A stretch of DNA of 50,672 nucleotides from Candidatus Micrarchaeia archaeon (GTDB lineage: Archaea; Micrarchaeota; Micrarchaeia; Micrarchaeales; Micrarchaeaceae). The notes below the pieces were generated by a model. The model saw only the letters and a program-made list of their open reading frames with translations. It ran no database searches and was not told the DNA's origin. The stretch is taken from positions 1-50,672 of the forward strand of contig JBMFWY010000004.1 of assembly GCA_049964795.1 (NCBI GenBank). The letters are read 5' to 3'. Position numbers and translations under genes: made by a program. Below, in pieces: positions 46,368 to 50,672 of this stretch. Each line of letters opens with the position of its first letter. The stretch's first letter is position 1.

Positions 46368-47381
46368 ATGCACGAATCTATAGTAAAACCACCAGCTTTA
46401 AAACAGGGAGACACTATAAAAATAATAGCGCCGTCTTCGGTTACGGCTGCGCTTTCCAACTTGCCAAAAGCAGTAAATTTCTTGACTAAAAACGGCTTCA
46501 AGGTCAGCCTCTCGAGCAGCATGCACAAAATGTCTGCGACAAGATACTTCAGCGCCGGAGACCATGTAAGGCTTATGGAGATAGAGGAGGCGTTCAAAGA
46601 CGACAAAGTAGACGCGATACTTGCGCTTAGGGGAGGAGCAGGAGCGGTAGACCTCCTTAACAAAATAGATTATGAAGTAATAAAGGACCACCCTAAGGTA
46701 TTCATAGGCTATAGCGATCTGACCTTCCTTCAAATGGCATTTATGAGGAAAGCTAATTTGCTGACTTTCCAAGGTCCAATGCTTGTAGACTTAGCTGAAG
46801 AAGACCAGGAGGTGCTCAAATATAACTGGAGCACGATGATAGACATAGTGCAGAAAAAAGAGGCAGTAGTGCTTAAGAATCCGATGGACAGCAAATGGAG
46901 CAAGACAATAACCGAAGGCAAGGCAAAAGGCAGGCTTGTTGGAGGTAACCTTTCCATACTTGCGCTGCTTGCAAATACGGCGTATATGCCGAACACTGAA
47001 GGTAGCATACTGTTCATGGAAGATGTAGATATAGAGCCATGGCAGATCGACAACATGCTTACAAGCTTAGTTATAAAAGGTATCTTCAGAAAGGCAAATG
47101 GGCTCTTGTTTGGGGAATTTCCACATTACGGGGTTGAAGAGTTTATGGGGGATTCGGCCGCAAGCTACCTAATCAATGACCTCCTCATAGAAGGCTATGT
47201 TGAGAGCATAATCGCGGACATAATCTATGACATAGTTACAAAAAGGATCAGGGAAATGCCTTCATTTATGGACTTTGTCTGCTGCCACGGAAAATATATA
47301 ACAACCTTGCCCATAGGCGCAAAGGTCGAGATAGATGCAAACAACAGGGAACTTACAATGCTAGAAAGCGCGGTAGAATAA
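46368..47381 (+). CDS. S66-family serine peptidase (LD-carboxypeptidase/MccF-like)
   Basis: P..LK.GD.I.IIAPSS, RGG.G, IGYSD.T, GGNL, LF.ED, HG...LPIG (Ser-Glu-His triad). Confidence 0.92.
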   Translation: MHESIVKPPALKQGDTIKIIAPSSVTAALSNLPKAVNFLTKNGFKVSLSSSMHKMSATRYFSAGDHVRLMEIEEAFKDDKVDAILALRGGAGAVDLLNKIDYEVIKDHPKVFIGYSDLTFLQMAFMRKANLLTFQGPMLVDLAEEDQEVLKYNWSTMIDIVQKKEAVVLKNPMDSKWSKTITEGKAKGRLVGGNLSILALLANTAYMPNTEGSILFMEDVDIEPWQIDNMLTSLVIKGIFRKANGLLFGEFPHYGVEEFMGDSAASYLINDLLIEGYVESIIADIIYDIVTKRIREMPSFMDFVCCHGKYITTLPIGAKVEIDANNRELTMLESAVE

Positions 47382-47424
47382 CCGCGGCTATTTTCCGAAT
47401 TTAAATTAGAAATTGGAATAAAAG

Positions 47425-49134
47425 TTATACGAAATTTGTAACATTGAGAGCACCTACCCCTATATGGCTCTTATTCTGAATTGTGTAGTTTACCACTAAT
47501 ATATAGCTTGTCATCGCACTGGCAAGTGGGACAGAAAGGGTATGGCAAGGCAGTTCAAAAGAAACCGAATTTGTGGGCAATAGTGTTGCATTTACTGTTT
47601 CATTCGTTTCAAGTCCTGGCATATAGCAAGAAGCAGAATTTATATGGAGAGGGAAAGCAAACCCGTTTTCGATTGATACATTGGCAGTGTTATCTGCATA
47701 ATCAAAACTATGCACGCTGCACTTTATTGAAGCGTTGTTAAGGCTGCATACATTCTGTAGGGCAGAAGACCATTTTTCAGCGCTGGAATTTATTCCGAGC
47801 GCGTATATGAGGTGCGCAGAGTTGTAATGCGCGCTTACGAGCTCCGAGGAGTTTACTAAAGAGTACATTAGTACGGTATAATTCCTAAGGATTTCCGAGC
47901 TGTTTATTAGATAGAATGTATTGTTTGATTTGTAAGGAATTACCAAAGAGGAACAGATGCTGCTTGTTCCGTTTGCGTATATTAGACCTCTGCATGTCAG
48001 ATTTGATGATATGTTCATCGGCACCGGATTCTTTATTATCGAAGATATGAAGAGACCATAAGGCGCTTCTTCGAACATGTTTGCAAATCCTATGCCTGTG
48101 CTATTTCCGAAACTGAATAGAGAAGTTCCCAAATATGTGGAATTCTTGTATACAAAACCGGATTGGTAGTGCCTAATCTCTGTATTGTTCTTTAGCAAGC
48201 TTATTAGTGCCGAACTTTCGGTAGGGGTATAGTTAGTTAGTAGCAAAGATAGGCAAGTTGCATTGTAAGAATTGTTGTAATAAGAGATCATCTTTGTCCA
48301 GCCTCCCGAGTATAGGGTGCAAACTGATGTTGCATTGTTTACTTTGTAAAAGGTGATTGTCGAATTTCTTAGCGTAGAGTTATGCGATTCCAGCCTGAAG
48401 GTGCTTAGTATAGTATCAACAGTTTGCTTGTTCAGGTACCCTTGAAGCCACAAGGAGTACGCTTTAGTGCCGTTGTGATAAATTGAAAATGCCCCGTTTG
48501 CATTTTCCACAAGGCTGCTAAGATCCGCAAAAAGTGGCTCGGTTATGCTTGATGGAATGCCGATCATGCCGCTTACTAAGCTGATATTGTAATATTTGTA
48601 GATGAACGAACCGAACGCCATCCCGCTGGAAGAGAGTGTAAAAGTCTGTGTGTAATTGATTCCGTTGTTTGGTATTGAAGTATAGACATTGGGTAGAGAC
48701 GCGGGATATACCACCACATTTAGAGAAGCATGCGAAGCTGGCCTATTTTCAAGGTTTAACAGGTGCGCAGGATCAGCCACAGCGCTAAAAACATAATTTC
48801 CGGGAAGGGAATAAGTATAATTTGCCTTTATTGAGACATTTTTGTGAGGTGGCAGGGAGACCTTATAAGAGTTTACCACAGAGCCGTTGGAATAGAAATT
48901 GACTACCATCCCGCTAACGCCATTCGACCCTTTATTGTAGATGGTGATGTTGAATAGGGAAGTTTGATAAGGGTAGTAAATGGAAGAGGAGTTTAGCTCG
49001 GATAGGCTTACAGCAACATTGTAGACTTGGTTGTTGCTCATGTAAAAGTAGGCAGAAAATGCGGCCACGACTATGATTGCCAATGCACCGTAAAACAGTA
49101 TATTTTTGCTTTTTGCATCCATATAAATCATCAT
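47425..49134 (-). CDS. Membrane-anchored surface protein with a CARDB/Ig-like domain
   Basis: N-terminal TM, I.N.G...V.FY.NG...PGNY...AVADP CARDB-like segment, many sequons and Cys. Confidence 0.78.
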   Translation of the reverse strand: MMIYMDAKSKNILFYGALAIIVVAAFSAYFYMSNNQVYNVAVSLSELNSSSIYYPYQTSLFNITIYNKGSNGVSGMVVNFYSNGSVVNSYKVSLPPHKNVSIKANYTYSLPGNYVFSAVADPAHLLNLENRPASHASLNVVVYPASLPNVYTSIPNNGINYTQTFTLSSSGMAFGSFIYKYYNISLVSGMIGIPSSITEPLFADLSSLVENANGAFSIYHNGTKAYSLWLQGYLNKQTVDTILSTFRLESHNSTLRNSTITFYKVNNATSVCTLYSGGWTKMISYYNNSYNATCLSLLLTNYTPTESSALISLLKNNTEIRHYQSGFVYKNSTYLGTSLFSFGNSTGIGFANMFEEAPYGLFISSIIKNPVPMNISSNLTCRGLIYANGTSSICSSLVIPYKSNNTFYLINSSEILRNYTVLMYSLVNSSELVSAHYNSAHLIYALGINSSAEKWSSALQNVCSLNNASIKCSVHSFDYADNTANVSIENGFAFPLHINSASCYMPGLETNETVNATLLPTNSVSFELPCHTLSVPLASAMTSYILVVNYTIQNKSHIGVGALNVTNFV

Positions 49135-49208
49135 TTGCTTTTTTTGTTTATGTTGCTATGTTACTTCCCAAATCGGCATGTAGATATTAAACAATATGGC
49201 TAAGCGGA

Positions 49209-49691
49209 TTATTTACTTACAAGCGCTTTTATCGCTTCCAGAACTTTGCCTTTTATCTCTCCTATTTCAGCATCAAAATAATAGGATGCCCATGCCTGTT
49301 CGTTGTATTTTTCGCTGTTGTCAGGCATTACAAGGAAATACTTCCCTTTCGCGTTGTCAACAAGGCTCATATTCTTCAACTGAAGCAAATGGTAACGCAG
49401 GGTCTTTTCGTTAATTTCACCCCAGGTTTCCCTTATATAATCCAAAAGTTCTGGAACTGTCGGGTCTCTTTTCTTTACAAACTGAAAGTTAAGTATTGCA
49501 TCCAATACTGGCACGGCACCTAACCTGCTCTCGCCAGGATTTATTACACCTATTGCCAAGGCAAGCCACCTTACAAGCGAACGCTTGGTTTCAAAAACTT
49601 CTTTTGGAAGTTTGAGGTTTCTGAACGTGTGCTCACGCTCGATAAGTCGCGATTCTATGATTTTCAAATCGTTATCGGTCATTTTTAGCAC
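49209..49691 (-). CDS. Winged-helix protein
   Basis: INEKTLRYHL..LK...LV....GKY wHTH motif; G.I.PGESR motif. Confidence 0.7.
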   Translation of the reverse strand: MLKMTDNDLKIIESRLIEREHTFRNLKLPKEVFETKRSLVRWLALAIGVINPGESRLGAVPVLDAILNFQFVKKRDPTVPELLDYIRETWGEINEKTLRYHLLQLKNMSLVDNAKGKYFLVMPDNSEKYNEQAWASYYFDAEIGEIKGKVLEAIKALVSK

Positions 49692-50085
49692 TTCGCAATA
49701 TATCCCTGCCTATATCAGTAGATTGTATGTTGAATTTTTTAATACTTTAGGATGTCTATAGGACATCGAAACTGCGCCATAACAAAGCATATTCATAGAG
49801 TAGTGGAGCAGGCTGCGGATCCTTGAAATTGCAAATGTTGTAATTTAAGAAACCCAAAAGGTATGAAAATTGCAGAAATTAAAATCTTTGCTTACTCTGC
49901 TTGGTGGTATTGAAAGGCACAAAGGAAACAGAATGTCAATGAAAAGTAATTTCTTGTATTGTATACTCTAATGCTTTAGAGGGCATGGAATTTTATTTGC
50001 TGCTATATAACGCAGTATATTTATTTGTGGCGTGCGAAAAAGAGATGGCTTCCAAAAACGGACAACTTTGATACAGGTGAGACAC

Positions 50086-50475
50086 ATGAGTGAAATAGAG
50101 GTAGATTTTGAATTCAAACCTGCTACTCTGAAGGCTTATGCTAAAAATGAAGCGGAAATGGGGATAAAGATAAGCAACAAAGGGGAGGAGCTGTTATGGT
50201 GCGAGGCTGAAGTAGGTGTAGTTTCACCGCTCTCTCTCGCACATGATAGGGAACTTGAACTAGCGCGCACTCGCATAGGCATAATAAAACAGGGTGGAAG
50301 CGCGGAGAAAAGAGTGAAGCTGTACACCAGGCCCAACAACTTCCCTGACGACTATAAAATCAAAGTTACGATTTTTGCATATGGTGAAGACGGCGCGATA
50401 TCCCAGAGAATAGATAAGGAAAGCATTATCGCTTGCGTGGAGCAGCAAGAAAAAAATGACCAGATGCAGGCCTAG
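50086..50475 (+). CDS. Hypothetical beta-sandwich-like protein
   Basis: CAGGTGA SD before ATG 50086 (MSEIEV); alternating beta-strand pattern. Confidence 0.65.
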   Translation: MSEIEVDFEFKPATLKAYAKNEAEMGIKISNKGEELLWCEAEVGVVSPLSLAHDRELELARTRIGIIKQGGSAEKRVKLYTRPNNFPDDYKIKVTIFAYGEDGAISQRIDKESIIACVEQQEKNDQMQA

Positions 50476-50672
50476 CGGGACTAATTAAGCATCTTGTATG
50501 TGAAATTCAATAGAATCTTGTGCCATCCTTTTCTATTACAAATTCTTTATATGCTCCTATTTTAGCTTGAAGCTGCTTTTCTTGTGACATCCTCCCACCC
50601 ATAAATGGTGTGGGCTTCCTTTGCATTCATCAGCTCGCCTCCTGCAAAGGATGTGTTTTATCGGTTCTCAGT

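Noticed and set aside
50480-50672. Possible gene remnant at the right edge (SFAGGE, radical-SAM-like, minus strand)
   Set aside because: Only a six-residue resemblance among frames with several stops; cannot be supported without flanking sequence.
1-50672. CRISPR array or long tandem repeats
   Set aside because: No regularly spaced 25-40 nt repeats noticed by eye in any intergenic region.

Overview
Gene-dense archaeal chromosome segment. Gene content and style (archaeal information machinery, type-1 IDI, DUF929, a LamG remnant, Asn/Ser-rich surface proteins) suggest a DPANN lineage such as Ca. Micrarchaeota; this is inference. The window is mostly housekeeping: gdhA, idi, H+-PPase, a histone operon, the exosome/proteasome/RNase P superoperon with cdc6, aIF-1A, aIF-2beta, tmk, SRP RNA, two intron-containing tRNAs, tandem prenyltransferases, trx, hisS, cysS, secY, SRP54, a geranylgeranyl reductase and the nuoHIJKLMN membrane arm. 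Reading the sequence by eye adds features absent from the ORF track: rpoP, ribosomal eS32/aL41, a box C/D sRNA predicted to guide Cm34 of tRNA-Leu(CAA), a 17-aa Lys-rich microprotein with its own promoter and terminator, and a LamG pseudogene. The best leads are a stand-alone single-repeat (half) TBP, a tandem pair of divergent proteasome-beta-like Ntn hydrolases (Thr1 behind an ATA codon, and Ser1), a DUF929/CGC-membrane-protein/V4R/secY operon, and NuoM/NuoN subunits lacking the canonical TM7 lysine. I saw no CRISPR array, integrase or transposase.
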